Positions 1 to 10,212 are shown, counted from the first letter of the stretch. The stretch: DNA of 64,000 bases from Woeseiaceae bacterium (GCA_021773155.1 JAJFKQ010000027.1:8820-72819); one strand, 5' to 3'. A program made the numbers and translations. The notes: generated from the letters alone by a model not told the origin.

Positions 1-888
1 CTATACATCATCTCGGGCATTCTCGAGCTCGTTGATCAGGCAAAAGTCGTCGGCACCGTCGAAGGTGGCAGCGAGTTAGCCCGTAATCCTGTCGCACCGG
101 TCTACCCGCGTCGTGTTACCGGACGTGCGAAAGATCGGGTCCAGTTCATTTCGATAGACAGCGACCTCCTCGACGTCATGCTGACATGGGATCAGACGGG
201 TACTTACGAAGTTTCTGAGTTAGCCGGCAAGTCAGATCAGACCAACGAAGACTGGATGACGATGCTGTTGCGGACCAAAGCATTCCACAAGATTCCGCCG
301 GCGAATATTCAGGCGATCTTCATGCGCATGCAGCAGATCAACTACCGGACTGGCGACGTCATCCTCAAGCAAGGCGCTGAGGGAGACTATTTCTACGTCT
401 TGATCAGGGGTACTGCCCTGGTGACTCGTGAGACGCCACTGAGCAAAGAAGGCATAAAGCTTGCTGAGCTCAAGGTCGGCGATACCTTCGGTGAAGAAGC
501 GCTGATCTCGGACGCGAAACGAAACGCAACGGTCGCTATGCAGAGTGACGGCGCCGTTATGCGGCTTGGTAAGGACGACTTCAAGAAGCTACTCAACGAG
601 CCGATGCTTGACTGGGTCACGATGCGCGAGGCTGAGGAAATTATTCGCGGCGGCGGCCAATGGCTGGATGTCAGGCTACCCAGCGAATTCGAAAATCAGC
701 ACCTGGACGGTTCGCTCAACATACCGCTGTATTTCATTCGGCTGAAAATCAATACGCTGGATCAAAGCAAAAAGTACATTGTGTGCTGCGACACCGGGCG
801 GCGTAGCTCGGCGGGCGCCTATATTTTGAGCGAACGCGGGTATCAGGCGTACGTGCTGAGGGGCGGCATCAACCAGGACCAGTCGTGA
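1..888 (+). CDS. cyclic-nucleotide-binding domain / rhodanese domain protein (5' end outside window)
   Basis: Frame 1 is open from base 1 to the stop at 886-888, so the listed Met at 178 is internal. GDTFGEEALISDAKRNATV is a CAP-family cNMP-binding signature. The C-terminal rhodanese fold carries a CCDTGRRS active-site loop. Confidence 0.7.
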   Translation, partial: LYIISGILELVDQAKVVGTVEGGSELARNPVAPVYPRRVTGRAKDRVQFISIDSDLLDVMLTWDQTGTYEVSELAGKSDQTNEDWMTMLLRTKAFHKIPPANIQAIFMRMQQINYRTGDVILKQGAEGDYFYVLIRGTALVTRETPLSKEGIKLAELKVGDTFGEEALISDAKRNATVAMQSDGAVMRLGKDDFKKLLNEPMLDWVTMREAEEIIRGGGQWLDVRLPSEFENQHLDGSLNIPLYFIRLKINTLDQSKKYIVCCDTGRRSSAGAYILSERGYQAYVLRGGINQDQS

Positions 889-900
889 TGGCTGTTTTGC

Positions 901-1239
901 CTACATCGTGTGAGTAGGCTTATCCCCACCAAGAGCGCCGGCAAGGTAATTTTCGATCTTCTTCTGCGTGTTCCCCTGATCCTGATCTGAGAACTGCACA
1001 CCAATGCCCGCAGTGCGTTTTCCCTGTGCACCCTTCGGCGTCATCCAGATCACGGTCCCTGCGACCGGGATCTTTTCTTCCTCGCCCATAAGGTTCAATA
1101 GCATGAAGACTTCGTCGCCAAGGCGGTACGAGCTATTGGTGGGAATAAACAACCCACCATTGATCACGTAGGGCATATACGCGAGATACAAGGCGCTCTT
1201 GTCTTTGATGGTCAGTGTCAGCAGTCCAGGTTTGCTCAT
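901..1239 (-). CDS. pilZ: PilZ domain protein (type IV pilus assembly PilZ type)
   Basis: 112-aa protein resembling Pseudomonas/Xanthomonas PilZ (LYLAYMPYVINGGLFIPT...GIGVQF), in the conserved position immediately downstream of holB. Confidence 0.75.
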   Translation of the reverse strand: MSKPGLLTLTIKDKSALYLAYMPYVINGGLFIPTNSSYRLGDEVFMLLNLMGEEEKIPVAGTVIWMTPKGAQGKRTAGIGVQFSDQDQGNTQKKIENYLAGALGGDKPTHTM

Positions 1240-1251
1240 TTCGTACTTTCT

Positions 1252-2244
1252 CTATTGCCGGCGGGCCAGCATCAGCTCCATACCGTCTGTGGGGGGCGCC
1301 AGACCGCAATCCTTCAGTCCACTCGCCCAGTCGATCAACAGGCCCTCAAAAGCCAGCTGAACGTTATACGATCCGCCGGGTTGCCCCCGCAATCGATTGA
1401 TTATGTCTAAATAGCAGAACAAATTTCGCCTGTCCATGCGGCGCAGCACAGAATCGTCAATTGTGAGGCCATCTGCCATTTCCCGACCCGCTGTAGTCGC
1501 TAATACGGCGAGCTTTACCTGTTGTGAAAGCCAATTGAGAACGAACCCCGGATCGAGTTTCGCCCAGCGCCCGGCAATCTCGACCGCCGAACCCCTGCCA
1601 TTCCCCAATATCTGCAGATCGCGCCCCATTCCTGCGCTGGTTTCGAGGTCCTCGAGTGCAGCAATGGCGGCTAAAGGCGTGCCACCCGACATTCGCAATG
1701 CCTCTATCCAGGCAGCCCCGGGCTGAAGTCGATCCAGCCATTGCAATGCTACAGATTCCGAAGGGACGGCGAGATCGATGCGCTGACAGCGGCTGAATAT
1801 CGTCACAGGGAGCTTCCCTACCCGGTCTGCTATCAGCACCAGCAAAGTATCTCCCGGTGGCTCCTCCAGCGTCTTGAGCAGACTGTTGGCCGCATTAACG
1901 GTCATCTCATTCGCCGGCTCAATAACCGCTACTTTGCCGAGTCCTTCGTAGCTGGTCAGGTTGAGCTCAGCAACCAGCATCCGAATTTGATCGATGCCAA
2001 TCGTTTTCTTGTCGTCGGGGGGCGATATCCAGCGCATATCGGGATGTTCCAAAACTTCAAATGGATAGACCGGCAGCGTTGTGTCCAGAGGGTCCGGTCT
2101 GAGTCGCTGTTGAGCCATCCACGCCGCTGCGGCCCGCTTGCCTACGCCGACGGGCCCCGTTAGTAGCACCGCATGCGGCAGGCGCCCCTGCTTACTGCGA
2201 TCCGACCACGATTCGGAAAAACCCTTGTGCCAGTTTAATTCCAT
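1252..2244 (-). CDS. holB: DNA polymerase III subunit delta'
   Basis: LLTGPVGVGKRAAA P-loop-like motif and NSLLKTLEEPP clamp-loader motif; tmk-holB synteny. Confidence 0.85.
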   Translation of the reverse strand: MELNWHKGFSESWSDRSKQGRLPHAVLLTGPVGVGKRAAAAWMAQQRLRPDPLDTTLPVYPFEVLEHPDMRWISPPDDKKTIGIDQIRMLVAELNLTSYEGLGKVAVIEPANEMTVNAANSLLKTLEEPPGDTLLVLIADRVGKLPVTIFSRCQRIDLAVPSESVALQWLDRLQPGAAWIEALRMSGGTPLAAIAALEDLETSAGMGRDLQILGNGRGSAVEIAGRWAKLDPGFVLNWLSQQVKLAVLATTAGREMADGLTIDDSVLRRMDRRNLFCYLDIINRLRGQPGGSYNVQLAFEGLLIDWASGLKDCGLAPPTDGMELMLARRQ

Positions 2245-2268
2245 AAAACAGTATGTTACTCGTGATAT

Positions 2269-2913
2269 CTAATGTTGATTATCGTCGATGAGTTGCGTTA
2301 CCAGCAGCCCGACCTCGGCTTGCACCTCTTCCAGACTGCGGGTTGTGTCGATGACCACAAATCGATCCGGGCTGCGCGCTGCCAACTGCAAGTAACACGC
2401 ACGAACGCGTTCAAAAAATTCATGCTTCTCGCTCTCAATACGATCCGGCGCACTACGATTACTGGCTCGGGCCATTCCGACATCGACTGGCGCGTCCAGA
2501 AGAATAGTCACATCCGGATTGACGTCTCCGTGGACCCAGTCTGCAAGGGTGTCGATGGTCTCCATCGGCAAGCCGCGGCCGCCACTCTGATAAGCCCGGC
2601 TTGAATCACTGAATCGATCGCAAACCACCCACTTACCTGCTTGCAGCGCCGGCAAGATGACGTTGTTTACGTTCAACGAACGTGCCGCGAACATCAACAA
2701 CAACTCGGCAATCTCAGGTATGGGCTCGTCTCCGTGGTCCATCAGCAGCTTGCGAATATCCTCGGCGACCGGAGTGCCTCCGGGCTCACGTGTCGTCAGC
2801 ACCTCGAAGCCGGCATTCTTGATGTGATTGACCAGGACCTCGATGTTGCTGGATTTGCCAACACCCTCTATGCCTTCAACGGTTATAAAGCGTCCGCGAA
2901 TCAACTCAGCCAC
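2269..2913 (-). CDS. tmk: thymidylate kinase
   Basis: FITVEGIEGVGKSS P-loop, DRF motif (CDRFSDSS), about 210 aa; 8-nt overlap with the upstream mltG. Confidence 0.9.
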   Translation of the reverse strand: MAELIRGRFITVEGIEGVGKSSNIEVLVNHIKNAGFEVLTTREPGGTPVAEDIRKLLMDHGDEPIPEIAELLLMFAARSLNVNNVILPALQAGKWVVCDRFSDSSRAYQSGGRGLPMETIDTLADWVHGDVNPDVTILLDAPVDVGMARASNRSAPDRIESEKHEFFERVRACYLQLAARSPDRFVVIDTTRSLEEVQAEVGLLVTQLIDDNQH

Positions 2914-3949
2914 CAGACCGTCGTTTTCTTCGAAGTCGAATCAGATACTCGGCGACAGCGGCATCATGCTCTGCCTTTGTCGTCGAGAATTTATGGCTGC
3001 CATCATCCAGACCTGATGCTACGAAATACAATTCTGTTCCATCCTCGGGGTTCAATGATGCATTGATGGCGGCCTTGCCCGGCATCGCAATCGGTGTGGG
3101 CGGCAGTCCGTGACGAGTATAGGTATTGTAAGGCGTATCGGTTTTCAGCTGTTTGCGCGTCAGATTTCCATCAAATGCCGGACCAATTCCATAAATTACT
3201 GTTGGGTCTGTCTGCAGCCGCATGCGTTTGCCGAGTCTGCGGGCGAATACGCCCGCGATCTTGGGCCGCTCATCTGCACGGGCTGTTTCCTTTTCCACAA
3301 TTGAAGCAAGAATCAATGTTTCATACGGTGACTGCACCGGCGCATCGTCGCTACGGCCATCCCATTCGTCCATGAGTACTTCCTGCATCAGCTCGTATGC
3401 CTGCGTAAGCAATGCACGATCCGTTGTATTGCGGGGGAAGCGATAGGTTTCCGGCAGGAACAATCCTTCGGGATGGGTTACCTCAGCGCCTAAAGATTCC
3501 ATCAATGCGGGCCAGTCCTCATCCGTCATTGTCGCTTTGACAGTGTCCGTGGCATGCAGTGCCTGCAAGACTTCGCGATGGTTCCAGCCCTCAACGATCG
3601 TGAATGCGTACAAGCGCACTGTGCCGTTTGTAAACTGATCCAGCAGCGATTTTGGTGTTGCACCCGGTTCGATCAAATAGTCGCCCGCTTGAATTGCTCC
3701 TGCCTGGTCGTGCCAACGTACATACAGCCGTAACCAGCGGTCATTGGGGATCAGCTCACTGGCAACCAGTTCGTTGGATACGGATGCGAATGAACTGCCG
3801 GCAGGGATCTCAAACGCAATACTGCCGTCCGGAATTGCCAGCGGTGCAGCCATGAATTTGTTGACCTGATGCGTAACCGCAAACACCAGGGCGATTGCAA
3901 CCAGCAGCAGCGGCCCAAGCGCAAGCAAGAGTCGTCTCATTGGCGACAT
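2906..3949 (-). CDS. mltG: endolytic murein transglycosylase MltG (YceG family)
   Basis: N-terminal TM anchor and YceG motifs (PEGLFLPETYRF, ILASIVEKET, PTPIAMPG); pabC-mltG-tmk synteny. Confidence 0.85.
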   Translation of the reverse strand: MSPMRRLLLALGPLLLVAIALVFAVTHQVNKFMAAPLAIPDGSIAFEIPAGSSFASVSNELVASELIPNDRWLRLYVRWHDQAGAIQAGDYLIEPGATPKSLLDQFTNGTVRLYAFTIVEGWNHREVLQALHATDTVKATMTDEDWPALMESLGAEVTHPEGLFLPETYRFPRNTTDRALLTQAYELMQEVLMDEWDGRSDDAPVQSPYETLILASIVEKETARADERPKIAGVFARRLGKRMRLQTDPTVIYGIGPAFDGNLTRKQLKTDTPYNTYTRHGLPPTPIAMPGKAAINASLNPEDGTELYFVASGLDDGSHKFSTTKAEHDAAVAEYLIRLRRKRRSGG

Positions 3950-4782
3950 TCAGCTACACCATTATCCGCCAGAATCGACATTACATTTCGGGTCGTGTCG
4001 CCCACCGGCCATTGCATTGCGGCGCAGCTTCGTACGGGCATTACGCCGAACTGGCTGTTCGATAGGAAAACCTCATCAGCATTTTTCAAGTCGACGAGGC
4101 TAACGGTCTGAATTTGTGTATCGATACCCTGCACTCGAAGTGTTTCGATGACATGCCGGCGCATGACACCCTCAACACCGCAGCGAGTCAGCGACGGTGT
4201 CGATATAGCGTTTTTTGTGACGAAGAACACGTTGCTTATAGTACCGCAGATGATGTTGTCGTCAGCGTCCATTGTCAGTCCCTCGAATTCGCCAGTATCA
4301 ACAAATTCAGACCGTGCCAGCACCTGTTCCAGTCGATTCAGCGTTTTGAGTCCGGCCGTTGGCGAGTCGATCGCAAGACGGGTTTTGCAAAGTACCGTTT
4401 CCAGTCCGTCGTGGTACGACTCAGCAGGTAGTGGCATTGCCGGAAATGCGCCAATAATCACTGTTGGTGATTCGGTCAGTACTCTGCCGTAACCTCGCAA
4501 GCCAGTCCCTGCTGTTACGACGATTTTCGCTGCACAGTAAGCGGCTGGTGCATTGCTTTTCTGTAGCGCGTTGCGCAGTCCGGCGGCCAGTTCGGCATCG
4601 GCAGGTTTCTTGATACTGAGCAGTTCACAGCCTTTGGCCAGGCGATCCATGTGGTAATCCCATAGGCGTGGTTCACCATTGCGGATTGCGACCGTCTCAA
4701 AAAGACCGTCACCGTATTGAAAACCGCGATCGCTGGTGTCGACATGCCCGACAGCTTTACCACTCGAGAACCAGTCAGCCAT
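3937..4782 (-). CDS. pabC: aminodeoxychorismate lyase (class IV aminotransferase fold)
   Basis: RGFQYGDGLFETV motif typical of PabC/class IV enzymes. I prefer the ATG at 4782 (MADWFSS...), which overlaps the pabB stop (ATGGCTGA), over the listed 4857 start that would run 80 nt into pabB. Confidence 0.7.
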   Translation of the reverse strand: MADWFSSGKAVGHVDTSDRGFQYGDGLFETVAIRNGEPRLWDYHMDRLAKGCELLSIKKPADAELAAGLRNALQKSNAPAAYCAAKIVVTAGTGLRGYGRVLTESPTVIIGAFPAMPLPAESYHDGLETVLCKTRLAIDSPTAGLKTLNRLEQVLARSEFVDTGEFEGLTMDADDNIICGTISNVFFVTKNAISTPSLTRCGVEGVMRRHVIETLRVQGIDTQIQTVSLVDLKNADEVFLSNSQFGVMPVRSCAAMQWPVGDTTRNVMSILADNGVAECRQ

Positions 4783-6124
4783 TCTGTAATGCTCGCAACA
4801 TACCTTCCGCTTTCGCCCTTGCTTCATCAAGCTCAGCCTGCGGTTCTGAATCGGCAACGATTCCCGCCCCGGCTCGAAACGTAATTTGGTTACCGTGCTT
4901 CACCATCGTGCGAATTAGAATATTCAGATCGAGGCTGCCATCGCGATTAAGATAACCGAAGGATCCCGTATAGGCCCCACGGGGTGCAAGCTCAAGTTCA
5001 TCGATGATCTGCATGCAACGCACTTTGGGACACCCAGTAATAGTGCCTCCCGGAAACACCGCTGCAATTGCCTGGCCTGGCGTCACATCATCGCGTAACT
5101 GTCCACGGACGTTCGAGACGATGTGATGCACATGTGCGTAGCTCTCAAGCACCATCATTTCGTCAACTTCTACCGTACCGGCCTCGCAGACCCGGCCCAG
5201 ATCGTTGCGTTCAAGATCAATTAGCATCACGTGTTCAGCACGTTCTTTTGGGTGCGCGAACAATTCGCTGGACAGATTCTCGTCGGTGGCATTGTCCTTT
5301 CCTCGTCTGCGCGTTCCCGCGATCGGACGTGTAGAGATGACACCCTGACGGATGCTGACCAGCCGTTCTGGCGATGATGAAATTATCGAGGTGCCCTGCC
5401 ATCGAGCGATGCCGGCAAACGGACCCGGGTTGGCTGTACATAATGACCCGTAAACGGACTCCGAACTAAGCGTTCCCGACACAGCGACTGTCCATTGTCG
5501 GGACAAATTGGCCTGATACACATCACCCGCGGCAATGAGCTTTTTCGCGCTGGTGACGGCCGTGGTGAATTTCTCGGGTTTATCGTCCGTAACGGTTATC
5601 GTGTGAGATCCGATCTTCGAATGTTTGCCAGCAAGCTGCGCGACGTCGCTGCGTATCTGCGCAGCATGAACCTCACTATCGTCTTCGCAAACCAGACTGG
5701 ATTCCCCGCGCACATGGTCGTAGACAATCGCGATGGGGCAACGGACGGCAAACGCCGTAGGCAATAGCGAACCATCATGCAGCTGCAAGCTGGGTTCGAT
5801 TTCCGCTGCGAGTTCATAACCGAGATATAAGAACCATCCACCGAGGAATGGCAGATCACTTTCCCGAGCAGCGACTCGTTCCTCCGACCACCACGAGTCG
5901 AGTGCATTCAGGAATTGTGTCTGGTTTTCTGCGTGAGGTCCGCTCAGTTCACGGGGTCGTTGCAGCACAAGCGACTCACCGGGAAAAGCAAACAGAATAT
6001 CGAAGCGCCCCAGCCCACCGTCATTGGCAGTACTCTGCAATAAATAGGGGTATCGGTCAGGAAATAGCTGATTGAGACTGCGCAGCTCGTCAGGGCCCGA
6101 AATCCCGGACAGGACCTCAGTCAA
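4775..6124 (-). CDS. pabB: aminodeoxychorismate synthase component I
   Basis: Chorismate-binding enzyme motifs (AEHVMLIDLERNDLGR, GAYTGSFGYL). Translational coupling to pabC favours PabB over TrpE. Confidence 0.8.
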   Translation of the reverse strand: MTEVLSGISGPDELRSLNQLFPDRYPYLLQSTANDGGLGRFDILFAFPGESLVLQRPRELSGPHAENQTQFLNALDSWWSEERVAARESDLPFLGGWFLYLGYELAAEIEPSLQLHDGSLLPTAFAVRCPIAIVYDHVRGESSLVCEDDSEVHAAQIRSDVAQLAGKHSKIGSHTITVTDDKPEKFTTAVTSAKKLIAAGDVYQANLSRQWTVAVSGTLSSESVYGSLCTANPGPFAGIARWQGTSIISSSPERLVSIRQGVISTRPIAGTRRRGKDNATDENLSSELFAHPKERAEHVMLIDLERNDLGRVCEAGTVEVDEMMVLESYAHVHHIVSNVRGQLRDDVTPGQAIAAVFPGGTITGCPKVRCMQIIDELELAPRGAYTGSFGYLNRDGSLDLNILIRTMVKHGNQITFRAGAGIVADSEPQAELDEARAKAEGMLRALQNG

Positions 6125-7358
6125 ATGCTTTGAGAATCAGGCTGCCGTTAGTGCCGCCGAATCCGAACGAGTTGGATATTGCAGTGCGCACTTTCGCGTC
6201 CCGCGCAACATTCGGCGTGTAATCCAGATCACACTCGGGATCCTGATTTTCCAGATTGATCGTGGGTGGAATAACCTGATCGCGAATCGCCAATGCACAA
6301 AAGATAGCTTCTACGGCACCCGCTGCACCCAGTAGATGGCCCGTGGTCGATTTTGTTGAGCTGACTGTGAGGTCTTTGGCGGCATCACCAAAAGCACGTT
6401 TAATGCCGTTAGTCTCCCCGATGTCGCCAGCGGGCGTTGATGTCCCGTGCGCATTTAGATAATCGACATCGGCTGCCTCGATTCCCGCATCGCGAATAGC
6501 TGCAGTCATACACTTGCGAGCACCTTCACCATCGGCCGGTGGCAAAGTAATGTGGTAGGCGTCGCCGCTCATGCCGAAGCCGACGACCTCAGCATAAATT
6601 CGGGCACCACGCGCTTTCGCGTGTTCAAGTTCTTCGAGCACAACGCAACCGGCACCATTGCTCAGCACAAAACCATCACGGTCAATGTCGTAAGGTCGGC
6701 TGGCACCTTTTGGATCGTCATTACGTGTGGACATCGCACGCGCGGAGCAAAATCCACCCATCGCAAGTGGTGTCGTTGCATATTCGGAGCCACCTGCAAG
6801 CATGACCTCTGCATCTCCGTGTTCGATGCTTCTCGCCGATAATCCGATGCAATGCGTTGATGTTGCGCAGGCGGTGACGATGGAGATATTCGGTCCAGTG
6901 ATGTGCTGCATGATACTGGCCTGCCCAGACGTCATATTGATAATGCTGGCCGGGATAAAAAACGGTGAAACTTTACGGGCGCCACCGGCGAGCATTTTGT
7001 TGTGATTGTCTTCGATGGTCTTTATTCCACCGATACCGGCACCCATGGCGACGCCAATGGTATGTCCGTTTTCTTCGGTGATCTCAAGACCTGCGTCCGC
7101 TATCGCATCCATCGTGGCTGCCACGCCATAGTGGATAAACGGGTCGTTCTTGCGTTGATCTTTTTTCGTCAGATAGGAATCGACATCGAAGTCTTTGACC
7201 AGACCAGCAATCCGGGTCGGATAGTCGCTGGTGTCAAAAACATCGATTAGTGTTGTACCGGAAACACCTTCACAGACGTTTGACCAAGCGTCTTCAAGTC
7301 GGCTACCGACCGGAGAAATTATCCCCATGCCGGTGATTACAACGCGTCGTTTGCTCAA
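6117..7358 (-). CDS. fabF: beta-ketoacyl-ACP synthase II
   Basis: Active-site ACATSTHCIG, HGTSTPAGD and GHLLGAAG motifs; directly downstream of acpP. Confidence 0.9.
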   Translation of the reverse strand: MSKRRVVITGMGIISPVGSRLEDAWSNVCEGVSGTTLIDVFDTSDYPTRIAGLVKDFDVDSYLTKKDQRKNDPFIHYGVAATMDAIADAGLEITEENGHTIGVAMGAGIGGIKTIEDNHNKMLAGGARKVSPFFIPASIINMTSGQASIMQHITGPNISIVTACATSTHCIGLSARSIEHGDAEVMLAGGSEYATTPLAMGGFCSARAMSTRNDDPKGASRPYDIDRDGFVLSNGAGCVVLEELEHAKARGARIYAEVVGFGMSGDAYHITLPPADGEGARKCMTAAIRDAGIEAADVDYLNAHGTSTPAGDIGETNGIKRAFGDAAKDLTVSSTKSTTGHLLGAAGAVEAIFCALAIRDQVIPPTINLENQDPECDLDYTPNVARDAKVRTAISNSFGFGGTNGSLILKAFD

Positions 7359-7403
7359 GTTAGTTTCGTCTTGAAATGGCAGAAATGCCGAAGGGTGCTA
7401 AAG

Positions 7404-7432
7404 AAAAATGGCGCGGCGACAAGCGCCGCGCC
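7404..7432 (-). terminator. intrinsic (partial) terminator between acpP and fabF
   Basis: On the minus strand, a ggcgcggcg / cgccgcgcc 9-bp GC stem with 5-nt loop followed by ATTTTT, 8 nt after the acpP stop. Confidence 0.6.
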
Positions 7433-7439
7433 GATATTC

Positions 7440-7682
7440 TTAGTCTTTGCTCTGACGAGCAGTTACGAAATCAATCGCTTGCTGAACGGTGGTGATCTTT
7501 TCAGCATCCTCGTCAGGAATTTCAGTTTCAAATTCCTCTTCGAGTGCCATAACCAATTCAACGGTGTCGAGCGAATCAGCGCCCAGATCATCGACGAATG
7601 AAGCATCGTTTGTAACCTCGTCTTCTTTAACTCCGAGTTGCTCGGCAACGATGCCTTTAACCTGTTCTTCGATACTGCTCAT
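7440..7682 (-). CDS. acpP: acyl carrier protein
   Basis: 80 aa with the [19 protein letters not shown] phosphopantetheine attachment motif. Confidence 0.95.
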   Translation of the reverse strand: MSSIEEQVKGIVAEQLGVKEDEVTNDASFVDDLGADSLDTVELVMALEEEFETEIPDEDAEKITTVQQAIDFVTARQSKD

Positions 7683-7865
7683 AGTCTTTATTACTCCTGA
7701 AAAGACTCAAAAATCTAGTTTTGGCCTGCCATTATTGGCGTGGAAGGCGGCCTTAAAACACGCATGAAATCCCTCTAAGTCATTGATATTAACTCAATAA
7801 TACTAAGGGCAGTTCGTTCGTGGGCGGCCATTGTATGTGAATAAGTTGTGGCAATCCATAGCCGA

Positions 7866-8621
7866 TCAGTCCATCACCATGCCACCGTTGACGTGCAGCG
7901 TCTCGCCGGTGATATAGTCGCCGCCGCCCGAAGCCAGAAAGAGCACCGAATTGGCGATATCGTCGCCCGCTCCCAGCCGACCCAGTGGTACTTGAGACAA
8001 CATCGCTGCACGTTGATCTTCGGGCAGGTCTTTAGTCATGTCCGTATCTATAAATCCGGGTGCCACGACATTAACTGTGATGCTGCGAGAGCCGATTTCG
8101 CGCGCCAGCGATTTTGAGAATCCAACCATGCCCGCCTTGCTGGCAGCGTAGTTGGTTTGACCCGCATTACCCATTACCGCGATGACCGAAGCGATGTTGA
8201 TGATGCGCCCTTTCCTCGCTTTCATCATGCCACGGAGGCAGGCTTTGCTGACGCGATACAGGCCAGTCAGATTGGTCGAAATGACATCGTCCCATTCTTC
8301 AGCTTTCATGCGCATGAGCAGATTGTCTTTTGTGATGCCTGCATTGTTCACCAGGATTGAAGGGCTGCCTTCGTTGCCCTGAATATCCTTGATAGCCGAC
8401 TGCACCGACTCGTCATCTGCAACGTTGAGGACAATACCGCGGCCCTTGCCAGCCAGTGCAGAAGTAATGCCATCTGCCCCGCCCTGACTGGTCGCTGTGC
8501 CGATAACTGTAGCTCCGGCGCCAGCCAGTGCCTTTGCGATCGAAGCGCCGATACCACGTGAGGCACCCGTTACGAGGGCAACTTCACCGGTCAATGCGTC
8601 CGAACAAAAAATACTTGTCAT
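7866..8621 (-). CDS. fabG: 3-oxoacyl-ACP reductase
   Basis: SDR motifs ALVTGASRGIG and YAASKAG. Start moved to the Met at 8621 (MTSIF...), because the listed 8693 start would overlap the fabD 3' end. Confidence 0.9.
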   Translation of the reverse strand: MTSIFCSDALTGEVALVTGASRGIGASIAKALAGAGATVIGTATSQGGADGITSALAGKGRGIVLNVADDESVQSAIKDIQGNEGSPSILVNNAGITKDNLLMRMKAEEWDDVISTNLTGLYRVSKACLRGMMKARKGRIINIASVIAVMGNAGQTNYAASKAGMVGFSKSLAREIGSRSITVNVVAPGFIDTDMTKDLPEDQRAAMLSQVPLGRLGAGDDIANSVLFLASGGGDYITGETLHVNGGMVMD

Positions 8622-8634
8622 TGCAGATCCTTGG

Positions 8635-9585
8635 TTATTGTAGTGATTTCTGCAGGCTGTCAATCGAATCGATAAACGTTGCTGGCGTACCACGATCTAT
8701 GCGACGACATAAGCCGGCCAGTACCTTGCCCGGCCCGCATTCGATAATGCTCGACGCACCGCCCTCGATCATGGCATTAATGGTGGTTACCCAGCGTACC
8801 GGGCTGTAAACCTGTTTCGAAAGTCGGGACCGAATATCATCGCTGCTGCCATAGGTTCCTCCGTCCGTCGAAGCAACGACCTTAATGACTGGTGTGGCGA
8901 AGTTCGCCTGGGCCAAAGCTTCCTGCAGAGCTTCTCCGGCGGGAATCATTAGTGATGAATGCGTCGGTACGCTTACAGGCAAAAAGAGAGCGCGGCGAGC
9001 TCCCGCTGCCTGGCAGCGCTCAATTGCACTGCTGATCGCCTCTTTGTGTCCTGCAATAACCACTTGTCCTGGTGAATTGAAGTTCACGGGTTCGGCAACG
9101 CCGATACTGGACGACTCATCACAAGCCGCGATTACCGCAGCATCATCGAGACCGATGATCGCCGCTACGGCTCCCGTGCCGGCCGGTACGGCGTCCCGCA
9201 TGAGCTCGGAACGGCGAATAACGACTGCCATGGCATCGGCGAAACTCAATGACTCAGCGGCCACCAGGGCCGTGTACTCCCCCAGGCTGTGGCCAGCGAC
9301 CTGCTCGGGCGTAGCGCCACCTGCCGCCTGCCAGACGCGATAGGCCGCCGTACCAGCCGTCAGCATGGCCGGTTGGGTGACTACAGTCTCCGCAAGCTCT
9401 TCAGCGGGCCCATTCTGGACCAGGGCCCAGAGGTCGTAGCCAAGAATATCGCTCGCTTCCGCATAGGTTTGCTGTACGACCGGATACTCGGCGGCCAACT
9501 CTGCCTGCATACCGACCGATTGCGATCCCTGGCCAGGAAATACCATTGCTTTGCTCAAAACTCTATCTCCGTCCTGTGAGCTCAA
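8635..9585 (-). CDS. fabD: malonyl CoA-ACP transacylase
   Basis: GHSLGEYTALV active-site serine motif and FPGQGSQ N-terminus. Confidence 0.9.
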   Translation of the reverse strand: MSSQDGDRVLSKAMVFPGQGSQSVGMQAELAAEYPVVQQTYAEASDILGYDLWALVQNGPAEELAETVVTQPAMLTAGTAAYRVWQAAGGATPEQVAGHSLGEYTALVAAESLSFADAMAVVIRRSELMRDAVPAGTGAVAAIIGLDDAAVIAACDESSSIGVAEPVNFNSPGQVVIAGHKEAISSAIERCQAAGARRALFLPVSVPTHSSLMIPAGEALQEALAQANFATPVIKVVASTDGGTYGSSDDIRSRLSKQVYSPVRWVTTINAMIEGGASSIIECGPGKVLAGLCRRIDRGTPATFIDSIDSLQKSLQ

Positions 9586-9594
9586 GGCCGCGCA

Positions 9595-10209
9595 TTATAT
9601 CGATGACGGAGCACTTGCCCTAATTCTGGTCAGCAAAGCCCCCAGAATCCCTCCCAGAGCGCCATAGAGGTGTGCGTCGACCACAACAGGCCCGCCAGAT
9701 GTGCCCTCCGAGCCGGGAACCGGGCCATTAAACTGCTCGTAGCCGATCTTGGCGACCAGTAGCAGCAATAAGATGCCGGTTTCGACGTCCAGTGTGCGCA
9801 ATCGGGTAATTATCCCGGCAACCAGTAAACCGTGTAGCAGGCCCGACATGCCGACGTACCAGTAGAGTTCCGGATTCAGGAACCAGAATGCGGTGTCGAT
9901 TGTCGCCACGGTGATCAGAGTGATCTGAACCCAGCCCAGGAAGGCATACGATCGGCCGATGAGAAACCAGATCAGCAATAACCCGGCGCTATTCAGGGCG
10001 AGGTGCGACCAGCTCAAGTGCGTAAAATGGCCAGTCAGGAAACGCCAGGCTTCACCCTGCCCTATCCAGACACGATCATAACGAAGCCATTCCTTGACAG
10101 GTTCGCCGCCCAGCATAATGACAACCGAAACTCCGATAATAATGGCGGGTACGCCCCAAAACATCAGCCAGTCTTTTTTGTTGCCGTCTTTAATTTTGTG
10201 TAACCCCAT
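9595..10209 (-). CDS. rhomboid-family intramembrane serine protease, rhombosortase-like
   Basis: About 200 aa and six predicted TM segments with no extra soluble domain. WRFLTGHFTHLSWSHLALN, GMSGLLHG (catalytic Ser) and AHLYGALGG (catalytic His) motifs. Size and architecture fit rhombosortase better than GlpG. Confidence 0.55.
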   Translation of the reverse strand: MGLHKIKDGNKKDWLMFWGVPAIIIGVSVVIMLGGEPVKEWLRYDRVWIGQGEAWRFLTGHFTHLSWSHLALNSAGLLLIWFLIGRSYAFLGWVQITLITVATIDTAFWFLNPELYWYVGMSGLLHGLLVAGIITRLRTLDVETGILLLLLVAKIGYEQFNGPVPGSEGTSGGPVVVDAHLYGALGGILGALLTRIRASAPSSI

Positions 10210-10212
10210 GTT

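Noticed and set aside
4783-4857. Long N-terminal extensions in the ORF track: pabC 4857, fabG 8693, gspH 10622, CoA-transferase 24219, etfB 25754, leuA 36054, hisG 42554, hisB 45769, met gene 41972, ilvD 54075
   Set aside because: Each extension overlaps the neighbouring gene or a terminator. In each case the homologous N-terminus begins at a downstream Met or Val, which for several of them also has a better Shine-Dalgarno sequence. Shorter starts were used.
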